Assembly (NCBI GenBank): GCA_965223005.1
Contig: CBDCVK010000005.1
Coordinates: forward strand, 64,001-128,000
Direction: 5' to 3'
Origin: Terriglobia bacterium
Lineage (GTDB): Bacteria > Acidobacteriota > Terriglobia > JAJPHL01 > JAPKYU01
Length of the DNA: 64,000 nt
The notes below the pieces were generated by a model. The model was not told the DNA's origin. It searched no databases and was given only the letters and a program-made list of their open reading frames with translations. The position numbers were made by a program, and so were the translations under genes. Positions 40,856-49,560 of the stretch are shown here, piece by piece (position 1 is the first letter of the stretch; each line of letters begins with the position of its first letter).

Positions 40856-42289
40856 ATGACTCCTGAAAATTTTCTCCAAATCGACACACGCCGCCGGTTT
40901 CTTCGAGATTGCGCCGGTGGCCTGGGCATGATCGCCCTCGGAAATCTACTGACCGAGCGTGGGCTGACGGCGGCCAGCGAAGTGCCCCGCCTGGACCATC
41001 TGGCCCCTAAGCCGCCGCATTTCCCCGGCACAGCAAAGAATGTCATCTTCATGTTCCAGGCCGGTGCGCCCAGCCAGGTGGATCTGTTCGATCCCAAGCC
41101 CGGATTGCAAAAGTGGGACGGAAAACCCCTTCCGCCATCGATGACGAAAGACTTGAAGCTGGCCTTCATCAAGCCCACTGCCAAGATTTGGGCCAGCCCG
41201 CGGAAATTTAAACGTCATGGCCAGAGCGGGATGCAGTTTTCCGATTTGCTGCCGAACCTTGCCACTCACGCGGACGACTTTTGTATGGTCCGATCCATGC
41301 ACACCGAGGCGTTCAATCATACGCCGGGGGAAACGCTGTTCATGACCGGATTTCAACTCGCCGGCCGGCCCAGCGTCGGCGCGTGGACGGCCTACGGCCT
41401 GGGCAGTGAGTCGCGAGATCTGCCCGCGTTCGTGGTTCTTGGCTCGGGAAAAAGCTTGAGCGCCGGCGCAATCAATTGGTCCAGTGGATTTATGCCCTCG
41501 ACGTATCAGGGTGTGCCTTTCCGCCGCAGTGGCGATCCCATCCTCTACCTTTCGAACCCACCTGGAGTGAGCCCCCAGACTCAACGCGCCGGGCTGGATG
41601 CACTCCGGGATCTCAACCAAATCCACCAGGAGGAAACCGGCAACGTTGAAATTGCCTCGCGGATCGCGTCCTATGAATTAGCCTTTCGAATGCAGGCTTC
41701 GGCTCCGGAGTTGCTGGATTTTTCCAACGAGCCGCAGCACATTCTCGATATGTACGGGGTCCACCAGGAGATCACAAAACCGTATGCCACCAACTGCCTG
41801 CTGGCGAGGCGCATGGTCGAGCGAGGGGTTCGCTTCGTGATGCTGGTTCACACCAGCTGGGATGATCACGATAATTTGAACAAGAATCTGACCAAGAATT
41901 GCCAGATTACCGACCAGCCGGCAGCGGCACTGATCAAGGATCTCAAGCAACGAGGGCTCCTCGACAGCACCCTCATCGTTTGGGGCGGTGAGTTCGGCCG
42001 CACGCCTATGAGTCAAACCACCCGACCCGGCGACGAAGGCCGCGATCACCACCCGGATTGCTTCACTGTCTTGGCTGCCGGCGGAGGGATCAGGGGTGGC
42101 CAGATCGTCGGCGAAGGCGATGAACTAGGCCTGAACATCGTCGAAGACCCTGTGCACATCAACGATCTACACGCCACCATGCTCCACTGCCTGGGCTTCG
42201 ACCACACCAAGCTCACTTATCGCCATATGGGCCGCGATTTCCGGCTCACCGACGTTGGCGGTACTGTCGTGCAAAAGATGCTGGCCTGA
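40856..42289 (+). CDS. DUF1501 domain protein (Tat signal)
   Basis: TRRRFL, GAPSQVDLFDPKP, CLLARRMVERGVRFV, GEFGRTP and GRDHHP; begins 2 nt after the upstream stop. Confidence 0.93.
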   Translation: MTPENFLQIDTRRRFLRDCAGGLGMIALGNLLTERGLTAASEVPRLDHLAPKPPHFPGTAKNVIFMFQAGAPSQVDLFDPKPGLQKWDGKPLPPSMTKDLKLAFIKPTAKIWASPRKFKRHGQSGMQFSDLLPNLATHADDFCMVRSMHTEAFNHTPGETLFMTGFQLAGRPSVGAWTAYGLGSESRDLPAFVVLGSGKSLSAGAINWSSGFMPSTYQGVPFRRSGDPILYLSNPPGVSPQTQRAGLDALRDLNQIHQEETGNVEIASRIASYELAFRMQASAPELLDFSNEPQHILDMYGVHQEITKPYATNCLLARRMVERGVRFVMLVHTSWDDHDNLNKNLTKNCQITDQPAAALIKDLKQRGLLDSTLIVWGGEFGRTPMSQTTRPGDEGRDHHPDCFTVLAAGGGIRGGQIVGEGDELGLNIVEDPVHINDLHATMLHCLGFDHTKLTYRHMGRDFRLTDVGGTVVQKMLA

Positions 42290-42580
42290 ACGAAGAGGCG
42301 AATGACTTGGTCTTCCTGCCGAAAGCGACGAACTAGCAAAGGGCCTGGCCCACACTCGGGCCATCCGGGCCAAGCACGCCCAAGATAACCCGATCAAGAT
42401 AACCTGACAGAGATAACCCCGAGAAATGGAACAGAAATAGGCTATCTGCAAAGCAGGTCTTTCAGCCAGGATTCCTGACCTGTTGTCCTTTGCCAACAGG
42501 TCATCCATAGTAGTCCTGAGGAGCAGATTGGCCGTAGGGACCCGAAATTTGTTCGCGCTTGCTTCCGCAAGTAAGGCCCG

Positions 42581-45500
42581 ATGACGAGAAGAGTGATCGC
42601 AATGGCCGGCAAGGACAACGCTTGGTTGCTGGTGGGTTTGCTGTCGCTCACCTTGTGGGCCTTCGCGGGAGAGTTCGCCTCGGCGCAGACGCCGGGCTGG
42701 GAGACTTACATGGAGGCGGCTACCAAGGCCTATCGGGAAGGCCGATACACCGAGGCCGAGAAGCAGCTCAAGGCTGCCCTGAAAGAAGCGGAAGCTTTTA
42801 GGCCAGAGGATCCGCGCCTGGCCACGAGCCTGAACAACCTGGCGGGGCTGTATCACGCCCAGGGCAAGTACGCGGAAGCCGAGGCGCTGTTGAAGCGCTC
42901 GCTGGCGATTCGGGAGAAGGCTCTGGGGCCGGAGCACCCCAACGTAGCCACGAGCCTGAACAACCTGGCGGAGCTTTACCGTGCCCAGGGCAACAACGCG
43001 GAAGCCGAGGCGCTGTTGAAGCGCTCGCTGGCGATTCGGGAGAAGGTTCTGGGGCCGGAACATCCCAACGTAGCCACGAGTCTTAGCAGCCTGGCGGGGC
43101 TGTACCACGCCCGGGCCAGCTACGCGGCAGCCGAACCGCTCTTCAAGCGCGCGCTAGCGATCCAGGAGAAGGCTCTGGGACCGGAGCATCCCAGCGTAGC
43201 CACGAGTCTCAACAACCTGGCGGCGTTTTACCAGGCCCAGGGCCACAACGCGGCAGCCGAACCGCTCTTCAAGCGCGCGCTGGCGATCCAGGAGGAGGCT
43301 CTTGGGCCGGAGCATCCCGATGTGGCAAGGAGCCTCAACAACCTGGCGGGGCTGTACCAGGCCCAGGGCCACAACGCGGCAGCCACACCGCTCTACAAGC
43401 GTGCGCTGGCGATCCGGGAGAGGGCTCTGGGGCCGGAGCATCCCGCGGTGGCCACGAGCCTCAGTAACCTGGCGGAGTTGTACCGCGTCCAGGGCAACAA
43501 CGCGGCAGCCGAACCGCTCTTCAAGCGCGCGCTGGCGATTCGGGAGGAGGCTCTGGGGCCGGAGCATCCCGACGTGGCCCGGAGCCTCAACAACCTGGCG
43601 GGGCTGTATCACGCCCAGGCCAACTACGTCGCGGCCGAACCGCTCTTGAAGCGCGCACTGGCGATCCAGGAGAAGGTTCTGGGGCCGGAGCATCCCGACG
43701 TGGCCCGGAGCCTCAACAACCTAGCGGGGGTTTACCGCGCCCAGGGCAATTACACAGCAGCTGAACCGCTCTTGAAGCGCGCGCTGCCGATCCGGGAGAA
43801 GGCTCTGGGGCCGGAGCATCCCGATGTAGCCACGAGCCTCAACAACCTGGCGGAGCTTTACAACATCCAAGGCAACAACGCGGCGGCCGAACCGCTCTTC
43901 AAGCGCTCGCTGGCGATCCGGGAGAAGGTTCTGGGGCCGGAGCATCCCGATGTGGTCTCGAGCCTCAACAACCTGGCGGAGCTTTACGACATCCAAGGCA
44001 ACTACGCGGCAGCCGAACCACTCTACAAGCGTTTGCTGGCGATCCAGGAGAAGGTTCTGGGGCCGGAGCATCCCGATGCGGCCCAGACCCTCAACAACCT
44101 GGCGCGGCTTTACCGTGCCCAAGGCAACGAGGCCGCAGCCGAACCGCTCTTCAAGCGCTTGCTGGCGACCCGGGAGAAGATTCTGAAAGTGGCGCAGGCC
44201 GGGCCGCAGTCCAGGCCCGCCTCCACGGCTCCCCTGATCGCCTTTGTGGATGAGACGGCCCGCTCGGACGTCAACTTCAAGACCGCGAACAGCAAGACCT
44301 CTGAGAAGTACCTGATGGAATCGATGGTGGGCGGCGTGGCGATGCTGGATTTCGACGCCGACGGGCTGCTGGACCTGTTCCTGGTGAACGGGGCGGCCTT
44401 GGCGGACCCGATGCCGGAAGGCGGCCAGCCCGACAAATCCGAGCCGCGCTATTGGAACCGGCTGTACCGCAACGACGGGGACGGAACCTTCACCGATGTC
44501 ACGGAGGAAGCGGGCGTGGCGGGGCATTCCTACGGGATGGGGGCGGTGGCGGGCGACTATGACAACGACGGGCATGCGGACCTGTACGTCACCAATTACG
44601 GGAACAACATCCTGTACCACAACAACGGCGACGGCACCTTTCGCGACGTGACAGAGCAGGCGGGCGTCGGGGGCGGGGGCTGGTCAGCCAGCGCCGCCTT
44701 CCTTGACTATGACCGCGATGGCCACCTGGACCTGTTCGTCACGCGCTACGTGGTCTGGGACTTCCAGCTGAGTCCGTTCTGCGGGCCGTGCAAACCCGGT
44801 TACCGCGCGTATTGTCACCCGGACCGTTTCCGGCCCATTTCCCACCTGCTCTACCGTAACAATGGCGACGGCACCTTCACCGATGTGTCTGGGCCATCGG
44901 GAGTGGAAGCCTCGCTGGGAAAAGGGCTGGGCGTAGCGGTGCACGATTTCGACCGCGACGGCTGGCCCGACATCTTCGTGGCCAACGACTCGTTCCCTCA
45001 GCAGCTGTTCCGCAATAATGGCGACAATGGCGACAGCACCTTCACCGAGACGGCCCTGCCGCTGGGCCTGGCTTATGACGACGACGGGAAAACGTTTGCC
45101 GGGATGGGGACTGACTTCGGCGACTACGACAATGACGGCTGGCCCGACATCTTCGTCAATGCCCTGGCTGCTCAGCGCTATGCGCTGTTCCGCAACGATG
45201 ACGGCTCGTTTGAGTACGCCTCAGGGCCCACCGAGGTCGCCCGCATCACGCTGTTGCACTCCGGCTGGGGCACCAAGTTCGTCGATTTCGACAATGACGG
45301 CTGGAAGGACCTGATGGTGGCCCAGGGCCACGTGATGGACAACATCCACTTGCGGCAGACCTTCGCGCGCTATCTGGAGCCGCTGCTGCTGATGCGCAAC
45401 CTGGGCGGCCGCTTTGAGAATATATCCAAGCAGGCAGGCCCGGCCTTCCAGGTCCCGCTGGCCGCCCGTGGCGCGGCTTTCGGCGACCTGAACAACGATG

Positions 45501-45880
45501 GCCGGCCGGATATCGTAGTCAGTATCCTGGACGGCCCGGCGCTGGTGCTGCGCAACGCCAGCCCGCCGGAGAACCACTGGCTGCTGGTGAACACGGTGGG
45601 CACGCGCAGCAACCGGGAGGGCATCGGGGCTGCGCTGCGCCTGGTGTCGGGCTCCGGACGCGAGCAGCGCGCCTTTGTGAGCACCGCAGGCAGCTACATG
45701 TCCTCCAACGACAAGCGCGTCCACTTCGGCCTGGGGAGTGAGCGGACCATTCGCCTGCTGGAGATCCGCTGGCCCAGCGGAGTGGTGCAGCGGCTGGAGG
45801 GAGTCCAGCCTAACCAGATCCTGACGGTGCGCGAGCCGGAGCGCACCGAATCTGCCCCTCCACAGCCAGCTTCCAATTGA
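42581..45880 (+). CDS. Secreted fusion of 11 kinesin-light-chain-type 42-aa TPRs with CRTAC1/FG-GAP and ASPIC/UnbV domains
   Basis: ATSLNNLAxLY...LGPEHP units followed by DYDNDG repeats and VHFGLG...IRWPSG. Confidence 0.9.
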   Translation: MTRRVIAMAGKDNAWLLVGLLSLTLWAFAGEFASAQTPGWETYMEAATKAYREGRYTEAEKQLKAALKEAEAFRPEDPRLATSLNNLAGLYHAQGKYAEAEALLKRSLAIREKALGPEHPNVATSLNNLAELYRAQGNNAEAEALLKRSLAIREKVLGPEHPNVATSLSSLAGLYHARASYAAAEPLFKRALAIQEKALGPEHPSVATSLNNLAAFYQAQGHNAAAEPLFKRALAIQEEALGPEHPDVARSLNNLAGLYQAQGHNAAATPLYKRALAIRERALGPEHPAVATSLSNLAELYRVQGNNAAAEPLFKRALAIREEALGPEHPDVARSLNNLAGLYHAQANYVAAEPLLKRALAIQEKVLGPEHPDVARSLNNLAGVYRAQGNYTAAEPLLKRALPIREKALGPEHPDVATSLNNLAELYNIQGNNAAAEPLFKRSLAIREKVLGPEHPDVVSSLNNLAELYDIQGNYAAAEPLYKRLLAIQEKVLGPEHPDAAQTLNNLARLYRAQGNEAAAEPLFKRLLATREKILKVAQAGPQSRPASTAPLIAFVDETARSDVNFKTANSKTSEKYLMESMVGGVAMLDFDADGLLDLFLVNGAALADPMPEGGQPDKSEPRYWNRLYRNDGDGTFTDVTEEAGVAGHSYGMGAVAGDYDNDGHADLYVTNYGNNILYHNNGDGTFRDVTEQAGVGGGGWSASAAFLDYDRDGHLDLFVTRYVVWDFQLSPFCGPCKPGYRAYCHPDRFRPISHLLYRNNGDGTFTDVSGPSGVEASLGKGLGVAVHDFDRDGWPDIFVANDSFPQQLFRNNGDNGDSTFTETALPLGLAYDDDGKTFAGMGTDFGDYDNDGWPDIFVNALAAQRYALFRNDDGSFEYASGPTEVARITLLHSGWGTKFVDFDNDGWKDLMVAQGHVMDNIHLRQTFARYLEPLLLMRNLGGRFENISKQAGPAFQVPLAARGAAFGDLNNDGRPDIVVSILDGPALVLRNASPPENHWLLVNTVGTRSNREGIGAALRLVSGSGREQRAFVSTAGSYMSSNDKRVHFGLGSERTIRLLEIRWPSGVVQRLEGVQPNQILTVREPERTESAPPQPASN
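42821..44185 (+). repeat. 126-bp intragenic tandem repeat, 11 units
   Basis: GCCACGAGCCTGAACAACCTGGCG recurs at 42821 and 42947, and variants continue every 126 bp. Confidence 0.95.
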
Positions 45881-46019
45881 CTGGGATGTCCTTAGTGACC
45901 TTTTCCAGGATAAGCCGTCCGGACGGCTTCGACCATAGCAAAGCCGGTCGGTACTCTGGCTTTCTGATCTTCTAAATCCCTCAAAGGCCCCTGAAGGGTG
46001 ATCCGACCGTACGCCACCC

Positions 46020-47018
46020 TCAATAAACAACCTTCACGGAACGCCCTGTTTTCAGTGACTCCTCGGCGGCGTTGGCTAAGATCAATGCGCGGCGACCGTC
46101 CTCGAAGCTGGGGGACGGCGTGCAGTCTTGTTCAACTGCATCGATGAATGCGTTGACCTCATGCAGGTAGGATTCCGAGTAGCGTTCCATAAAGAAAGGC
46201 AGCAGTGGCTCACGGGCGGCGGTCGCCTGCTTCCCGTAACGCTCAACCGTGGTCGGGGTCCGGTTGTTGGAAAGCACCATGCCTTCCGAGCCAAAGGCTT
46301 CGACCCGCTGGTCATAGCCGTAGACCGCGCGCCGCGAACAGTTGATTTGGCACAGGGCGCCGGACTCCATTTTCATGGTGACCATTGCGGTATCGACATC
46401 TCCCAAGGAAGCGATTTTCGGGTCAACCAGGACGCTGGCCATCGCGCTAACCTCGGTAGGCTCCTCGGCCACAATGAACCGCGCCAGGTCGAAATCATGG
46501 GTCATCATGTCACGGAACAGACCACCGGAGCCTTTGAGATACTCGAGAGTGGGCGGCACAGGGTCGCGGCTCGTGATAATGAGTTGCTCGATGCGTCCGA
46601 TATCACCGTTCTGAACCGCATCACGGACCGCGCGATGGCTGGGATCGAAACGGCGGTTGAAGCCGATCTGGATCGTCGCGCGGCAATCGCTGATCTGGTC
46701 ACGGCACTCGTTGACGCGGGCAATGTCCAGACCGATCGGCTTTTCGCACAATACGGCTTTACCGGCTTTGGCCGCCTTGGCTATCAGATCGACATGCGTA
46801 TCCGTAGCGGAGGCGAGCAGCACCGCGTCCACAGTGCCATCGGCCAGTACCTCAGCGATATCTGGTGCCGCCCTGGCGCCGGTCTGCTCGGCCAGCTCGC
46901 GCGCCGCCGGTTTATAGATGTCATAGACGTAGGCAAGGTCGACGCGCGGATTGGCAACCAGGTTGGGCGCATGTATACGGCCGATGCGACCGGCGCCGAC
47001 TAGCCCGAATCGCAACAC
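46020..47018 (-). CDS. iolG: Inositol 2-dehydrogenase (Gfo/Idh/MocA family)
   Basis: GAGRIG, CEKP, GFNRRFD, ITSRDP, SGGLFRDMMTHDFD, YGYDQRVE and FFMERY. Confidence 0.9.
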   Translation of the reverse strand: MLRFGLVGAGRIGRIHAPNLVANPRVDLAYVYDIYKPAARELAEQTGARAAPDIAEVLADGTVDAVLLASATDTHVDLIAKAAKAGKAVLCEKPIGLDIARVNECRDQISDCRATIQIGFNRRFDPSHRAVRDAVQNGDIGRIEQLIITSRDPVPPTLEYLKGSGGLFRDMMTHDFDLARFIVAEEPTEVSAMASVLVDPKIASLGDVDTAMVTMKMESGALCQINCSRRAVYGYDQRVEAFGSEGMVLSNNRTPTTVERYGKQATAAREPLLPFFMERYSESYLHEVNAFIDAVEQDCTPSPSFEDGRRALILANAAEESLKTGRSVKVVY

Positions 47019-47101
47019 CTGGTGGCTCCTCGAGAAGCGTCCACCCCATCGGATAAGCGCTGTAGTTGGAGATACAAAGCCAAAGAGCCCGCTGTTAGGC
47101 C

Positions 47102-47150
47102 TTAGCCGGAATTAGTTTTTTGGCCCTCCGGCACTCGCGAGTATACACCC
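47102..47150 (-). repeat. 49-bp promoter/hairpin segment, copy 2
   Basis: TTAGCCGGAATTAG...CTCCGGC...TATACACCC is shared with 37977-38025; -10-like TATACT on the minus strand upstream of iolG. Confidence 0.8.
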
Positions 47151-47306
47151 ATCGGCGGTCCATGGGGCGACCTGCCCACGGACTCAGCCGGCGAACCGCA
47201 AGACTTAAAGCCATACTTGTTGCGAAATCCTCTTCGCTCCCGAAACCATCGATGACGCTCCGGGCTATACTCGCCAGCAGTTGGTAAACTCTAGCCGGGA
47301 GGCGCT

Positions 47307-49319
47307 ATGGAGTCGGGGCCAGACGCGAATCTATCTGAAACCCAAACACCGAAGCTCGTGGAGGCTGGCGCGCTCCGTCCCTGGACGACCGGGGATTTGC
47401 CCCCCGCACCAGAAGGCGGCTTCACCTATTTAAAGAAAGCGGTCGGGCCGGGACTGCTGTTGGCGGGCGCTTGGTTGGGCGCTGGAGAGTGGCTGTTCGG
47501 ACCGGCGGTCTCGGCTCAATATGGCGCCGTCCTCCTGTGGCTGGCCGCCCTCAGCATCGGTACTCAGCTGTTCGTTAACCTCGAAGCGATCCGATACACG
47601 CTCTACACAGGCGAACCCATCTTCGTCGGATTTTTCCGGACTCGGCCGGGCCCGCGGCTCTGGACCCTCTTCTATGTGATTTTATGCCACTACATGATCT
47701 GGCCTTTCATGGCCGCCAATGCCGCGGTTCCGTTGGCGGCGGCCATCCTCGGCCATCTCCCCGGCGACGCCACGATCACCCTAGTTGGATTCCCGATCTC
47801 CGAGAGCGCGTTCGTCAAGGTCCTGGGCTACTGTGTGTTCCTGGGAGCATTCGTCCCCCTGATTTTTGGAGGAACCGTTTACAGGGTGATCGAGTGGCTC
47901 ATGGGCGCCAAGGTGGTTCTGGTCCTAGGTTACTGCATCATCATCACCGCACTGATGGTTCCGGGCAACATTGCCTGGGAAGTAGTCCAGGGCTTTTTCC
48001 GGTTTGGCACGGTGCCGCTGCGCGCCGAGACGATTGTCCTGGATCCCCACTTCACCCTCACCGAACACGATGGGCCGTCCGTTTATACCGTGAGAGGTAC
48101 GCTGGAGGATGGCCAGCCATTGGTAACCTCTTTCATCGTCCGCACCGGGGAAAATGAGCGGAGCTTCGCGATGGGCGACAGCATGGACGGGCAAGGAAGA
48201 GCAGAAGGCGGCGGTTCCCCCGATCTTCAACCGCGATATCAACGGATGGTTGCCGCGGCGATGGCCCGCGTCGAGCAAGGGGGGTTCTTTGTCCGGCACC
48301 GGCAGGGAGAGAAAATCCTTGTCGTCGAAGGTGACGTGGAATCGGACGGGAGATGGATGCCGGTAGCGTTTTCGGCGCGGGAGGGCGATCAGCTGTCAAG
48401 CTGGACAAAGCTGGAAGAAATCCCTGAGCCGCTGGCCTCGACGTTCACGGAGCTGGTCCGCAATCGGGGTGTCGAGCATAAAAACCTCCTCGGCTACCTG
48501 TTTGGCGGTGGTCAGCTTCCCGACCTGGACTGGGCGCTGCTGGCCGCCTTTGCCTCCGTCGCCGGAGCGGGCGGGATCACCAACGCTCTCCTCTCAAATT
48601 GGGTGCGGGATAAAGGCTGGAGAATGGGAGCTCGCGTGGGGGCTATCCCCAGTGCCGTTGGCGGGGGACGGGTTACCCTTTCCCATACCGGCCAGGTCTT
48701 TCCCCTCAGTGCTGCGAACCTGGTCCGCTGGCGCGGCTGGGTCCGCCACATGTGGCGCGATCAGGCCGGCCTCTGGATGATCGCCTCGCTGTTGGGCATG
48801 GCGCTGCCCTGCATGATCTCCTTGCGCTTCATCCGTCACGCCCCGGTGGTGGGCGACCGAGTTGCGGCCATGACGGCCGGAGCTATGGCGCAACAGTATG
48901 CCGACTACGGACAACTTCTCTGGGTCCTGACCTTGCTTTGTGGCTTCCTGGTGCTGGGTCCCGGGCAGGTGACTTCAGCCGACATGATCCCCCGCCTCTG
49001 GACAGACCTTCTCTGGGTATCGAATAAGAAGGCGCAACGGCTGCAGGGAAACCAGGTCAAGTATGTTTACTATGGCATCCTGGTTGTGTACGGACTCTGG
49101 GGCGTGTTCTCGCTGGCTTACCTCGATCCTCTGCAGATCGCCAAGATTGGAGCGGGCCTCGGGAATATTGTTCTGGCGGCTACCGCTTTCCACACCTTCT
49201 ACACCAATCGCGTTTTTCTGCCCCCACCGCTGCGATCCCACTGGATCGTGCAATTGGGACTGCTGTGCGCCGGCCTCTTCTCCCTCGTACTCAGTGCAAT
49301 TGTGATCGCCAGAGTGTAG
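47307..49319 (+). CDS. Nramp-superfamily-like transporter with a large soluble insertion
   Basis: VGPGLLLAG..LGAGEWLFGP, RYTLYTGEP and RDKGWRMG motifs; about 165 hydrophilic aa inserted mid-protein. Confidence 0.8.
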   Translation: MESGPDANLSETQTPKLVEAGALRPWTTGDLPPAPEGGFTYLKKAVGPGLLLAGAWLGAGEWLFGPAVSAQYGAVLLWLAALSIGTQLFVNLEAIRYTLYTGEPIFVGFFRTRPGPRLWTLFYVILCHYMIWPFMAANAAVPLAAAILGHLPGDATITLVGFPISESAFVKVLGYCVFLGAFVPLIFGGTVYRVIEWLMGAKVVLVLGYCIIITALMVPGNIAWEVVQGFFRFGTVPLRAETIVLDPHFTLTEHDGPSVYTVRGTLEDGQPLVTSFIVRTGENERSFAMGDSMDGQGRAEGGGSPDLQPRYQRMVAAAMARVEQGGFFVRHRQGEKILVVEGDVESDGRWMPVAFSAREGDQLSSWTKLEEIPEPLASTFTELVRNRGVEHKNLLGYLFGGGQLPDLDWALLAAFASVAGAGGITNALLSNWVRDKGWRMGARVGAIPSAVGGGRVTLSHTGQVFPLSAANLVRWRGWVRHMWRDQAGLWMIASLLGMALPCMISLRFIRHAPVVGDRVAAMTAGAMAQQYADYGQLLWVLTLLCGFLVLGPGQVTSADMIPRLWTDLLWVSNKKAQRLQGNQVKYVYYGILVVYGLWGVFSLAYLDPLQIAKIGAGLGNIVLAATAFHTFYTNRVFLPPPLRSHWIVQLGLLCAGLFSLVLSAIVIARV

Positions 49320-49426
49320 CGCCGGAACAAGGGGCAGCGACGGCTAGGGTTCGGCTCCTTTCTCCTTCTCGGGTTCGACTGGCGGCCTCTCGAGGCCAGT
49401 AGGGAGTGCGCGCCGGCAGTTCCTTA

Positions 49427-49487
49427 GTAACCGAGTTGCTGCCTTGGGATATTGACGGGACAGATCAAACAGAAGCGGCGGCCTGGG
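49427..49487 (+). repeat. Isolated 61-bp copy of coding sequence 40740-40800
   Basis: 59/61 identical, same orientation, in an intergenic position. Confidence 0.92.
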
Positions 49488-49560
49488 CGAGAAGTATCAC
49501 CCGCAAGAGGAAAGGCGCGGAGGAGAAACCGAGCATACGCCGTCCTTGGTGGAACTAGAG

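Noticed and set aside
42821-44185. Regular repeats as a CRISPR array or DGR template/variable region
   Set aside because: The units are in-frame 126-bp coding TPRs without unique spacers, and no cas genes or reverse transcriptase are in the window.
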